Below, piece after piece: positions 49,501 through 61,789 of a DNA stretch of 64,000 nucleotides. A model generated the notes under the pieces. It saw nothing but the letters and a program-made list of their open reading frames with translations, did no database searches and was not told the DNA's origin. Location of the stretch: assembly GCA_036172245.1 (NCBI GenBank), contig JAYWIR010000014.1:124001-188000 (forward strand). The letters are read 5' to 3'. Each line of letters begins with the position of its first letter. Position 1 is the first letter of the stretch. This DNA is from Raillietiella orientalis (Eukaryota). The translations under genes and the position numbers were made by a program.

Positions 49501-51725
49501 TCCGAACTCCGCGAAGGACGACCTCTGTTCCTCTCGACTTCTATGTTGCTGCTTTGTCCGGCGTTCCCGAGTCTCCCGTGCCCTGCGCAAGCGGCACTCG
49601 CTCGAGAGCTGGGCTGACGCTGAACCGGAATTCGAATCCTCAGCGAGAGGAAGGGGAAAGAGGTGGTTCACGGAGGCAGAGGGAACAGGAACAAATCCTC
49701 CTCCTCCTCATGGATGTCAAACTTTCTCTTTGGAAGCTGTGAGCAGGGAGAGAAGATCTGAAAGGGGGCCTCGGCAACGAACCGTGCCGACCACCCCCAT
49801 GTCGAAGGAAAGTGGATTCCCGGCGACGTCCGGACGGGAGGAGGGGCGCACTTCTCAGGCTTCCTCTTCTCCCATTCAACCTCCCTCGTGTCCCAGCAGC
49901 ATCAGGGAAGGCAACCTGCGAGCTTCCGGTTCTGGAGGACTGCCGCTACTGGGTGGGTCAAAGCACGCACCTCCGAGACGCATAGGCCAAGGGTAACCAA
50001 AGCAACGAAACAGGGCTAATTTTTTTTCCCACCGCGACTGCCCATCTCCCGCCGCCGATGCGGCCGTTTTCCCGCACGAGGGGGAGATCATCCGCCGGCA
50101 GTCACCTGCCGGAGCAGCTGCTACGTGATGCGTCCTCCACCGCATGTTCTGGTCCGGAGGGATCTTCGTTCGGGCAGTCTTCCAGGACCCCGAAGGGCGC
50201 GCAGACGGGATGCCAGGGACTTTCCCCGAGGGACCTCATTGCGAGAGAGGGGAGGAAAGGGAAAGGAACGCTCCTCGTTTCCCGGCTCCCTTCCCCCCCT
50301 ACCGCCACCCCTGGAAGGAGGGAAGAAAAGCAGTCGTTCGCGCAGAGGCGCTCCTGGGAACGCTCGCCTGGAGACACTAGCCGAGGGGACGGCTCGGGAG
50401 CGCGCCTCAAATGGCGGGGGCACGAAGAGAGCCGGCAGGAATACCTGTCTCTTTAACTTTCTTCCCGGACACCACCCAACATACCACCTTCACCACTTCC
50501 GCAGCCCTCTCCATCTCCATCTCCCACCACCACCACCATCCTGGTGGGTACCCCTAGGCTCTGAAGCGCACCCGCACGGCAGCGGTTGGTTGGGATGCTC
50601 CTGTCAAGGTGCTGCGCGCTGCTGCGGACCGCGCTACTCCTTCCAAAGGAAAAAGCAAGCGCATGAAACGTTGTCTTCGACAGATTTTCTGGATCGCACC
50701 CATCCTGGGAGCAGTTTCCTCGGCCCTGATATACGAGTTCATCTTCAACAACTGGAAAAAAAGCACGCACAAGAACTCAGCGGCGGGTAAGAGCTTTTGC
50801 GATGCCTCAGGTATTTTTGGAAATTTGCGCTTCCGCACTACGTGGTGGACCGGGTCCTGAGGCGAGTCCCATCTCTTAATTTCCAGACTCCTCGAGCAGC
50901 ACGCACAGCGAAGTGGAGGAGCACCGCAAGTCGGCCGGCCTGCAGAAGATCAACCAGTACGCAGGCCGCCAGCACCGCGAGCAGTACCGCCCCCCTCTGA
51001 TAGCCACCACATCCTTCTCTCCCCCTCCCAGTTACTCGAGCCAGCCACGCCTGGTGTCCCCCCGACTGGACCACAAGCCCGGAGGCGGCGAATGCATCTA
51101 CGAAGGGACGCGTTCTATGTACGCCCGCTCACCCACGTCGCCGACTTCCGACCGCTCCCGACTGCAGAGGTCGGACAGCACTTGCACCCGTTACCAAGGT
51201 GCTACCTCCGAATATGGGATGTTCTCCATGCGGAGTGCAGGCTGCGCCCGCACTCCGAATCCCATTGGTTACGAAGCGGTCTCGCGCCCGCCTCTTCCGC
51301 CTCTTCCTCAGCCAAAGATAGACGATCTCTACGGATCCTCGAACAGGAACTACAGCGACTCTTTGTACGGAGCGATCCTGGGACCTCCACTGGAGTGCAA
51401 AACTGATCAACAGCTCAGGGCCATCCCTTTCCAAGAACCCATCTACCAGACTCGCAACGAAGCTCTCTACGGCGTTCACGTCCAGCAGCGGCAGCAGAGC
51501 CTACACCAAGAGAGAAATACGAAGAAAAGTGACACAGCTCCTTCCAAGCCGGAAGACTCTCAAGATTCTGCCTATGGGACGTATCATGGGACAGATATCT
51601 ACGCAAGGAATGGCCTTCTTTCGAGACAACCGGAAGGAGTCTCGCCCGGCGCCTCAGTTGAGCCTGCCAACCACAACCCGATGTACTACGTGTGCTACAG
51701 GAGCAACGATGGGATTTCCTACTAA
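46111..51725 (+). CDS. bib: Big brain-type aquaporin (MIP family), 5 exons, about 551 aa
   Basis: Exons 46111-46538, 47957-48161, 48238-48318, 50684-50786 and 50887-51725 join in frame (1656 nt including TAA), all GT-AG. Contains SGAHVNPA and SVNPARSLGPA, Bib-type RTLELWRAVVAECLA, IGLAY, NKWDSHW and DSSSSTHSE, and a long Tyr-rich tail. Confidence 0.93.
47957..48161 (+). CDS. bib: bib exon 2
   Basis: TTTCAG| acceptor, GCG|GTAAGT donor; GFGFEFVLSFILVF. Confidence 0.92.
48238..48318 (+). CDS. bib: bib exon 3 (second NPA)
   Basis: TTCCAG| acceptor, TGG|GTGAGG donor. Confidence 0.93.
50684..50786 (+). CDS. bib: bib exon 4 (TM6)
   Basis: GACAG| acceptor, G|GTAAGA donor; IFWIAPILGAVSSALIYEFIF. 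Confidence 0.92.
50887..51725 (+). CDS. bib: bib exon 5 (cytoplasmic tail)
   Basis: TTTCCAG| acceptor in phase with ORF 50913-51725. Confidence 0.88.
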
Positions 51726-52861
51726 GCGCGCGCGTGCGACGTGGAATCGTGTGGACCATGTTCTCAACCCGAACCAAGCGTCATCTTTTAAACAATGTAC
51801 AATCTTGCCGACACGAAAATAGAATGGCTGTATATTTCTGGATCGATTGGGAAATCCTTCAACAAGTACATGAGAGCCCACAGCTTGACTCCAAGTTCGT
51901 AATTTCATGTGGACCTGGGCTTCTCTTTTCCGGGTCCGCAATCAAATTTTTTTGTCCGTCAGAAACGGAGCGAATGCATGTGGCAAGACACCACCACCTC
52001 ATGAGGAAACATTTCGTGCACCTGGTTGGCAGGTGCGAAGAGCTGTGCTTTGTTGCTTTGATTCCGTCCAAACTTGCAGTTTTTCCGTGCTTCGCTCTCC
52101 TTGAGCCAATAACCACACATATCAGTAACACATACCTATCTTTGCAATCTATATGTATGCATGTGTGGCCAAAGCCAGTACAAATGCAGCCTCACATCAC
52201 ACCTACATAATACAGCTTCGAATAGGAAACAGTACACAAAAAAGAGAAATGGGATATAAAAACAGAACAAAATATAAAATAAGGTAGAAAACAGTTGGGA
52301 TTCAGAAGGATCACTTTTATGTACTGTAACTTCAGACTGAGAAATTTGTAGCAGTCAGTTGCTTTCTGAGCAGCTGCTTGAGTACCATTTGTTATGTAGA
52401 TTTCAGACTCAACAAACATGAATCACCCTCGGAAGAATGGAGTTGATTCCGTGGTTTGGGGGAAGGTTGAGGAGTTTCTTCCGTTTTCTTTTCAACATGG
52501 CATACATTTAGTCAGTCAAGTGTTTGTATTCGAAGTTTGTTCTTTTAATGTCCCAAAGTTGAAATTGCATTTTGATAAGCTTTCCTAGAGGAAAAATGAC
52601 TTTTCCAGAACTCCCAAACGTCTCGTTTTAAAAAGTTCCATCAAAAAAAAAAATTATATATGACCTATGACCATCATGACATAATGTTCCGTGCAATTTA
52701 ATTTCCTGTGCTTCCTTAATTAATTTAATTACCCACGCATTGGATGCACGTAAAACATTGAACGGACCTTTAAATTCCGCCAATCAGAGTTCAGGTGAAA
52801 GGCGACGTTGGAGTTTTCGACCAGCAATGATCACAGCTGGGTAACCGCGCGGTTCAAGCGA

Positions 52862-52904
52862 AGTCTTAGATGAATGGTAGAGCAGGTACCATTCATCTAA
52901 GACT
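52862..52904. repeat. Perfect 18-bp inverted repeat, 7-nt loop
   Basis: AGTCTTAGATGAATGGTA-gagcagg-TACCATTCATCTAAGACT, followed by an extra TCTAAGAC. Confidence 0.95.
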
Positions 52905-53615
52905 GTATATCTAAGACCTAATATAAATCCTGTTGCTATCAATATGCTGCTTTTGGTTCATGTTCCATACATACTTTTCATGCAAATTTTCCCTTGATTA
53001 AATGAATGTACATGTTTCAACAATGGATGACAAGAATATGAAGCACATAATGGCTTTTGAGCTTTTGTTCGTCTCTTTTTCTTTTCCAGAATGGCTATGC
53101 TTCAATTGCACTGAATCGTTATGATTCAAAGGAGCAACTTTCCATAGTACAGAGGAAATTCGAAATAAGAAAATCTTTACAGGTACTGAATCTCAAGAAA
53201 GCCACTTGCTCACTTTTCCATATTCCTAGAACAAGAAGGAATCAGTGGCTCAGAGAAGCAAAAGAGGGGACGAAAAACCTCCTCCTGTTTATCAATGGAA
53301 AGCAGAAAGAAAGGAAAAAATTGTCATTATTATAAAGGTGCTGATTGGGACGGTTTGTTTTGAACTTCCGGAAAGTTTTTGATCCTTCGCATTCCTTGAG
53401 AAATTTCATGTATTTCCTTTGAGAGCTTGACTCAAGTGACAATTGAAGGTTTTGACTTTTCTGAAAGCGCAGTTTTGAAGTGCTTTGATGCTTCCTATTT
53501 TAAATTCAGAATAGACTTGCAAGAAAGTTGTGTCAGTAATGAATGCGTATTCTGATTTGTTGGACATGAAATTTGTTTAATACCAACCACTGAAAAGTCA
53601 GTCTTTCCCTGAAAG

Positions 53616-53912
53616 GAAGTAATGCCAGACCTGAAAAATTTTGAAAATTCCATCGATAACAAGGGAGGACAAAAGCGGAAGATGGGAAGAGAGCTCCGGC
53701 TTTCATTTGTACCCTTGTAACTATCAAGTTTGAAAAACAAAACAGAGATAGATTATAGTCAGTGTCACGTCGCTAATCCGAAGGGCTGGCCGGAATGATG
53801 CATTTTGAAAAGGAAGATTTTGTCTTTGTTCTATCGCATGGCATCTGAACTTGTTCCTAAAAGGAAGTAGTAATGCCAGATCTGAAAAATTTTGAAAGTT
53901 CCATTGATAACA
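53616..53912. repeat. Imperfect direct repeat of about 45 bp (near 53616-53661 and 53862-53912)
   Basis: GGAAGTAATGCCAGACCTGAAAAATTTTGAAAATTCCATCGATAACA versus GGAAGTAGTAATGCCAGATCTGAAAAATTTTGAAAGTTCCATTGATAACA. Confidence 0.85.
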
Positions 53913-55099
53913 CTGATTCGGTCAACATACGAAGTTGTGTCACCTGGACTCCTCCTTTGCGCGACGCGGTTTCCTAATCATTGGAGTTTTTACGAGGGAT
54001 GCAACAACAGGTTTCACTCATCGGGTCGTGCTGTAGACCGTATTTCGGAGACGTGTTCTTCTTCGTCGAAGAGCTGTTTCTCGTCATGAGCTTGTCTCAG
54101 GTTCTGGGTATCATCCGGTACTCGCCCAATCCGACGTGTCCATTAGATCTCGCGTGTAGGGAATGAAAAAGTCAACTCTGAGCTGCCTCATTTTAGCCAC
54201 TTACATCCGCGGAACACCCTTTCCGCTGAGGTTTGCTTCATTGAGAGGGGTCCGATTTTGCAAAGGTTTAGTGATGGTGGCCAGCACCTTTGCATGGACT
54301 CCTTTCTTGGACTGCTGGTTGGTGTTGACCCAAAGGTGTTTCCAACACCTTGGTATTTGTATGCATTCCTGGGGTCTTTCCCATTTTCAAAGGTGCAAGC
54401 TGCGGTACCACTATCTTGTTGCTCTTCTGTAATATCAGATCGGAACTCAGAGTTGAATCGACACCAGGGATGCACTGATTCTCGAACATCAATTTTCATC
54501 TTGCTATTCCTACCGCTACTAAATTGATTATGTCTACAATTGCATCGTGCCCGCCCGTGTGTAGACAAAAGTGCCTCAAGCAGTGATTTGTTATCAGAGG
54601 TGAACCTTAAAGGGAAGCAAAAACGGAAACCAGCTGAACATATCAGGCGTTTGTGTCTCAAGTACTGTACTCAACATAACGTCTTTATAAAGATTAGCTT
54701 CAAAGTAACCTTCTATGCCATGTAACATTGCTTGCTGGCATGTACGGAAAGTTAGAAAACCTTATCGACTATTATTCTTATTAGGATATGAGAAACATAA
54801 ATGAGGAAAACAAACTGATGAGTTCTAACCATAGTTGGGATGATAAAATGTAAATAATGGTTGCGCATGTGCCAGTTCCAGCGCCAATTCCGAAGATGTA
54901 CAACATAGGGAATTTCAAAGCATGTGTGTGCAGGTCTAAAAGGTTCTCCAGACAATGCGACTTCAGCATGCAAGTGTGGTGAATGCAAATTTGCTAGATT
55001 GGATGTGTAGCTGCAAGTGATAATTATTCCTCCTTCTGTGAAAATCCTTGATTTTATATTATGAACATGCATTTTTTAAAAATTTTTCCTATAAAAACA

Positions 55100-55513
55100 T
55101 TTTAAATTCTTTACTGACAGTTGCTGTTTCTGTCCATCGGGACATAAATCTTCCATAGCTTGCAGCAGAGCTTTCTGATATAAGTAATATTTTGTTCTAT
55201 CTTTTTCAAAAATCTCATAGTTCTGTGATTCAAGATCATCAATAAGAGGTTGTAGAGGTATCTGCTGATTGTCCTTATAACATTGCACAAATTGTTATAA
55301 AGAATTATCTGGAGGACGGTCTAACAGAAAATCAAAGTGAATCTGTAGCACTAAAACTCACTTACCAAAGATTATCCAAATACTGCTGATATGAGTGCAC
55401 AGACTCATGCCTTGGAGCACCACAAAGAACCATTTGAACATCCTGCCGAAAGAAACGACTTAGAAAGTCCCGATGTGCACGTGACAAAACAGGGAAACTT
55501 TTACGATTAGTAA
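55100..55513 (-). pseudogene. PRMT5: PRMT5 (protein arginine methyltransferase 5) fragment, intron-containing and disrupted
   Basis: TNRKSFPVLSRAHRDFL...YQQYLDNLW (55513-55366), a 45-nt GT-AG intron, then [43 protein letters not shown]. In-frame TAA at 55297-55295, mismatched splice phase, no upstream exons found. Confidence 0.85.
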
Positions 55514-55557
55514 TGAGTGTACTGTACTAAGTAATGAGTGTACTGTACTGTACTCAT
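55509..55557. repeat. Micro tandem duplication at the PRMT5 truncation point
   Basis: AGTAATGAGTGTACTGTACT twice, plus extra GTACT and a terminal ACTCAT that is inverted relative to ATGAGT. Confidence 0.9.
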
Positions 55558-58029
55558 ATTGAGCTTTGCCAATGATAAGAAGGCAGAACGTATAGGTTCC
55601 CATAGCTATGTTTCAGTTTGTTCGTTTCCAGACGATTCTTCAGGTATTTGCATTGGCAGAAATATATGACGGTCAAAATGACAGAGACTATGGAATTCGT
55701 TCCACCTATGTCAGCCAGCAGCATCAAGATACTCAAGAACTCACCGAATGCACATGTCCTCATTGAAGCGTCACTCTTCAAATGAGCATCAGTCGACAAG
55801 GCAGCTGCCTGTGCAATCGTTCGTGAGGGTATCCATCGCTCAAGAGGAAAACAGTCGATGGCCATTCAAGTCTGATGGTAGCGTGAGGTGAGACTCAGCT
55901 TCCACGGAAAGCACATTCAGGAATTTGAGCTGATGACGAAACTTCCAGGATGGTGATGGGAAAGTTGCAGTGAATATGGAATACGCTAGCAGCATACGAG
56001 CCAAGCGACAAAAACAAGGTCGTCATGAGAGATAAGCTCCTGCGGTTTCCGAATTACAAGGAACAACATTCATCAGAGGTGCAGTGCATGTCAGTCAGAT
56101 GCGATGGCACGAGAATTTTAACGATGCTCACAGCAAGTGAAGAAACCTTTTCTATACGAACGAGATGAAATTTCTTGCAAACGGGAATTTCCAAAGGAGA
56201 CACGAAGTCAACAGCTGCAGTGTCATTCTCACATGCCATCTCCAATTCACGCAAGTGTTGTTTTAAACACAGCACCACAACGCTTCCCTGCAGTGATGGA
56301 GGACATAAAGGAAAGGAATTTCCATTATCCAAACAGTATTTGACACTACCAATATTATCAGCAATCGGGTCCGGAATACAAATAGCACGAGGAACGCTTT
56401 CCAGGCAAAAGGTTTCGGTAACGAGCACAAGGAAGATTGCACGAATCACCATCAGTAGCGGAAATGCAGGGTGGCGAAAGAAGCAAATGCGAACCCATGC
56501 AAATCCATATTCGAACTCCCATTCTCACCGCACCATTGTATGCGAATGCTTCTGACCGCTTTCTACTGACCAAGACGCACCATGAGCACAGAAAATGCTA
56601 ATCAGATTCGAGAATTTCACTTGAGTTCTCCCGTTGCAAAGAAGCACCTCCACTTGTACGTCCCTCACTCGATGGAAACCAACCATTCCGAAGAGCTATT
56701 CTGATTACTCGGGTTTCCCCTCATGCAGGAAAGCCACTCTTACCTGAGTCGGCAATTTCCTACATTGGAGTTCAATTTGTCCTATCTATTCGTTCCTTGC
56801 TTCTATTCATTTTATACGCATTCTTTCATGGAGTTGAGGGAACCTCTTGTTCGGGCGTACCCTTAGCCGATTCCTTTCTTCCCATTGCATTCTTCTATAA
56901 GCATGACAGCAATGAGCATATTGCACCTCTATTTGCTCCACGAAAGCTGTTACACCAACTCAGATCAATTCAAAGAAATGCTTGGACATTGAGCCCTGTC
57001 AGCTGGTTCTTGTCGAGTCGCAATTTGCCCTCTTACAAGCAACTTCGTCACAGAATTAAAAGAACCTGGAATAAGAGAATGTAACGTATGTACGTATGTA
57101 ATGCACGTATGTAACACTCCATCGTTCAATACCGAGGCGCTATCCCACCTCACCCCAAAACTACATGCATGGAAACAAGCACTTCATGCCCTTCACTTCA
57201 CATTCCTATCGATACCCTTGACGTCAATGGTCTTCAGTGAACCGGAAATCCTTATTTCTCCAAAAATAAAGAGACTAAATTCCACATCCGCACTTCACCT
57301 TCTCTCCCGAGACCAGTTTCGAATCATTTTCTCCAAGATAGGGAGGCAAACGACGACGAACCACTGAGAATGCGATTCACACACATTTCGTCTAACCCAC
57401 TTTGCAAACGGAAGCCGACCAGCTACTCGTACGCTTTGTCAATATCCACTTACCCATATGTGCGTTCACATTCCCAGTAACGCAATAAACTTTCAGACCC
57501 CCAAGAAAATTCTCGGAATTGCAGAGGGAACCGCACCCTCCCTTCACCCCCCATGCACTTTGAAAGTATACCTCCTTTCTCTTCAAGAACATTCAAAGAA
57601 TATAAGTCCTATTCTTCCCCGTACTCAACTTTAAGAAAGAAATCATTCTGCGTCATCAGCAACATCATTCCAGGATCTTATTTGGAACTTTTCCGATTCC
57701 TACCAAGCAATTCCTAATTCCCTTTACCTACCAACTTTCAGTCTTCATTTGCAACCTGTAGAACTCGCATCCTCACCTCATGCTTCCTCTTTCGCCGTCA
57801 CACCCTTTCTTGAATCTTGCGTTCAAAGAAAATGACAGGTGCCACAGTCAGCAACAACAGTGCCACTACGGCCGCCTTAGCATCACCGTCAACACTGACC
57901 ACAGTTCTGTCAAACTAAAAAAATTCCCATCTTTCTAGTTTCTCCGTACCGAAAAGGACCATCAGCATTTGAAGACGGAGCCGCAGCAGCCTCATTGCCA
58001 TCTTCATTCAAATTATGTAGGATTCGAAG

Positions 58030-59125
58030 TCGAAGAAATCTGCAAAATCACATGGATATGTCGGGACATGAGCTCCGCAGGGTTGTCAAAGTCTCCCTGT
58101 ATGCTATTAGCACCAGCTCGAAGTAGATGCTAAAGAGCAGGGGGCTGAGGCTGTCACCTTGCCGTATGCCCCGCCGCGTTGGAGCGACGTGGGTAGGACG
58201 GCCTGATTGGATCCGCTTGGAGATCCCCACGGGAGGGTACTTTAAGTACCTTAGCGTTCCGTTGGGGGACTTCTGCGCTGCAGAAGCCTGGTCCGACTGT
58301 CTCCAAAAGATGGAGTTGGCTATTGGCCCGTTCCGCAATGGCAAGTTTTACTTGCAGGAACGGGCCGCAGTGTAGAACGCTTTTGCGGCCCCCCACCTTC
58401 GCCCCCTCCTTTTTGTTTGCCCCACCCCACCACAGATCAAGACAAGGACGCGGGACCTCCTAAGAAAGGCTCTGCATCGGAGGTCTTGTGGTTAAGGCTT
58501 CCGCGTGTGGCACCATGCGTCGCGGGTTCGAATACTCCGGCATGAAACTGACGCCACTGCGTCGTCGGGTTCCCAGTTTCTCCTGCAATGGGACATCAGG
58601 GAGTGTGAATGCCAATTGTGCAGGGTGAGCGGAAAGGGAAACCTTCCCCCACCTACTTATCGAGTGTGTCGCCCTCTGGCCCACGTGGAATCGACTCTCG
58701 TAGATTGTGAACATTCCGGTGGGAGACACAAAAGACATTTTCCGTCGCCTCCTGATGCGGAACGCCCTGCCAGCAGCCGCGTATGTTCCAGTTCTCTGCT
58801 GCATACGCGGAATACTGGAAAATTGGAAGGCATCGAGGAGAGGACACAGAAGCCAGAACGCCATTCATTGGGCAGTCCTCTCCATGGAGAAGGCATGCCG
58901 ATGGCGCCGGCTAAGGGAAATTCAACCAGCACTTGCCCGCATCCGAACCCGGATGCAGGGGACTCCTCCCGGCGATAAGTGATCCCATCCCACCTGTCCC
59001 CACCCCAAAAACTTTGTCCCCCCGGCGTTTTTGCTTTATTTTTTCTTTTTGGTTTTCCCGTCCCTTTCGCCCGTGGAGAGTACCACACCGGCCAGCCGGT
59101 CGGTAGGGCAAGTGAAAAAAAACTG
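58030..59125 (+). mobile_element. L1/Tx1-like LINE 3' fragment with an inverted 5' segment
   Basis: Minus strand 58205-58030 reads RRGIRQGDSLSPLLFSIYFE...FAD. Plus strand from about 58210 reads FKYLSVPLG...W...ERAAV, then CQLC...HLLIEC zinc finger and a short A-run at about 59115. Confidence 0.78.
58477..58542 (+). repeat. tRNA-like sequence (A-box and B-box), not an intact tRNA
   Basis: GGTCTTGTGGTTAAGGCTTCCGCGTGTGGCACCATGCGTCGCGGGTTCGAATACTCC; the stems do not close into a cloverleaf. Confidence 0.45.
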
Positions 59126-61789
59126 CTAGAACCATGTGTTCTGGAAGAAGTAATGCCCAAAATACTAAATTTCAATATAACAAATTACGTATAATTTTAA
59201 AAAGAAAAGCCCCAGCTTATCAGGGTGAAAAACCAATTGCACCTTTCATGCAAAGCTGTTATCTGGATCCTTTTCTTGATGAGATGCTGATCCTTTCCGG
59301 TCGAATTCGAAAACTTCAGACTTTTGCTGGAAATCAGAAACAGTTCCTCATGAATGGAAGGAAATGAGAGAGAGCAAGAGCAGTCCCAGACCAAGGGAGA
59401 AATGGAAGGAACTTTATAGAACAGGGACGTTGGGACATTCCATGTAAAGATCACAAGCTCGGGAGAGAACAGACATTGGCGACTGGTAAACACTAATACG
59501 AAGAACATACTGTCCTTCTGAAAGGTGACCATGACGACCTCGGAAGTGATAGTTTTCCAACTGGTCATGCAGGCTTCAAAATCCGGCGCGACTCATTATT
59601 TCTCATCATCCATGTGGCCCGATTCAACCTTCTCATTGTGTGCATTAGACATGGCGCTGATGAGTTGTAAAGATGGCAAAGACTGTTAGATAGCATCCTT
59701 AATAGATGAACAAACAATCAGACTGTTCGTGGAGACAGACTGTGATTGTAGAGAGGTTTAACGAACAAGCTGGGGACCCAGATTAAAAAGGCTACACTCA
59801 AACACTGATAATTGATAGTCACCAACCAGACAATCCCGGCAGCAGATTCGAGGCCAGTGGAGACCTAGAACTCCAGGCAGGGAGATTCATCGTACATATA
59901 TGTCGATCTCCCCTTATGAGTATTCATCAATGATGATAGAAGGGGAAAGACAGAAGAGAGCGAATACTGAAGATTGGCTCTGCACTCCTCCCAAGGAGTG
60001 TCTGTCCAGGATATCAGGATTTCTAGAATCTTGAGATCTAGGAAACTGTAGTGTGCTAAGAGATTGAAGATGTCCAAGAAACAGAGAAAATCGTGAAGAA
60101 AATGGCATACTGGAGCATTCGATGCTTCTGGGACAAGTATCCGAAACATCGAGTGGGTTACCATCCGTAATGGAATAGAATTCAAAATCACAAGACGAAT
60201 TGAAAACATGGTGCTAAATTCTCATTTTCCTTTGTCTGTTCTTTCAAGGAAGAAGATGGAGTTGAAAATTATTCCTACGAGGCTCCAGGAGTTCAAAAAG
60301 GCGAGATGAACCGCCTATTCGGAGTCGATCACATGAAAGAATGAGTCATTCAAAGAAAGGGGCAATAAATAGAAGTAAATAAATAAGCGAGGGAGAGGAT
60401 AAGTTTCTTCTTTTTGAGACTTCTGCAGCCTGTGTGAGATGCAGAAGTCATCCTCTTCACTTATTGTTAAAGATGGATCCATTTAGTCACCTTTTTCACA
60501 TGAAAGAGATGAAGTTAATGTCTGTTCACCTGTGCAGGTGCCTTTCCAAGGTGCAGTGGACGGCAACAATCCTCCCAATGCAAAACGGAGTGATAGAACA
60601 GCTGGAGAAATTCCGTGTGAGTGGAGCAGTGCCACAGAAGCTTCTTGGGAGTGTCCTTAGAGTTAGGTAGAGCAGCTACCAGGCATTTCCAGGTGCTACG
60701 AAACGCACCACAGCCTACAAGGTACAGGGACCTCACTTCCTCCCACCTAGCACATTTCGAGATGATCCCTCTCGCCCACTGATGCCGGCGCTCGCTGCAG
60801 GGGAAACCTGGAAACCAGCAACGTCTTATGGCAGCGTTTGGTCCCTTTAGGAGACCGTCTCAAGACAGCTGCACGACACCAGCGAAAACAGCAAAAGTAT
60901 AAGTGGCAGTGGTGGTAGCGACGGCACCCAGACCTCTAGTGTATTCTCTTCCATTCTTCCTCTTTCCATCCAAGAAAAAAAAAAGCAATTATCCGCTCGA
61001 TGATCCGACTTCTTTAAGGAGAAATAGCACAAAGAGTAGGGAAGCGTTGCACAGCCTTTTCGAGTCTATCTCACACAGTTTCGTTTGAAGCAATTAAAAT
61101 ACTATAATCCAAAAAATTCTTGAACTCGAAAACCAAACTGTGTAACAAAACTAAAAAAATTCATAATTAAAAAATATCAGAATATCAGGATGCACGAATA
61201 AGTTTAAGAATCAATAATCTGATTTTCAAAATCGTTTTTGTTGTAAAAAGTGTGCTGTTTTTAGGAAAGTAAGGTTTTACTTTTGTATATATTCCTTATT
61301 CTTAAAAAAAATGCCATGAATGAGATATTCATTCACTTTCCTACTGAGTCGGTTAAGCTATCTCAGAAAACATCGTTTCATTTTGAATTTGTACCTTTTT
61401 GTCTTGTTTCCTGTACTCCTTAGCCTTATTACCTCCAAATATTATTGTTCGCAATTAGTGATTTTGAGATTTCTCGAGGCAAAACTAATCCATTCATAAA
61501 ATACATTTAAAATTTGCTTTCCACAAGCTTTTACGATAAAAAAATTACCAAAAAGAAAGAAATTGAACTGAAAAACAAACAAAAATCTTTCAATCTGTAC
61601 TACAAGCATGTACACAGTTTTAGGGTGATCTCTTCACGTGAAGTATCTGCATGCTGGATGCAAATATTAGAATTTCAAAGCTAAGTTTAAAGACCAGCTC
61701 TTTTGGTTTTGCTTTTCAGATCTAAAAAGCTAAAAGAAATTTCGCAGAACACTCACTCTTCGCCCCAAGTCCCACAAGGGATGGGGTGA

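Noticed and set aside
54860..54905. GIGAGTG as the PRMT5 SAM-binding motif
   Set aside because: Flanking residues do not match PRMT5; probably chance.
58477..58545. Functional tRNA gene
   Set aside because: Acceptor, anticodon and T stems do not pair properly.
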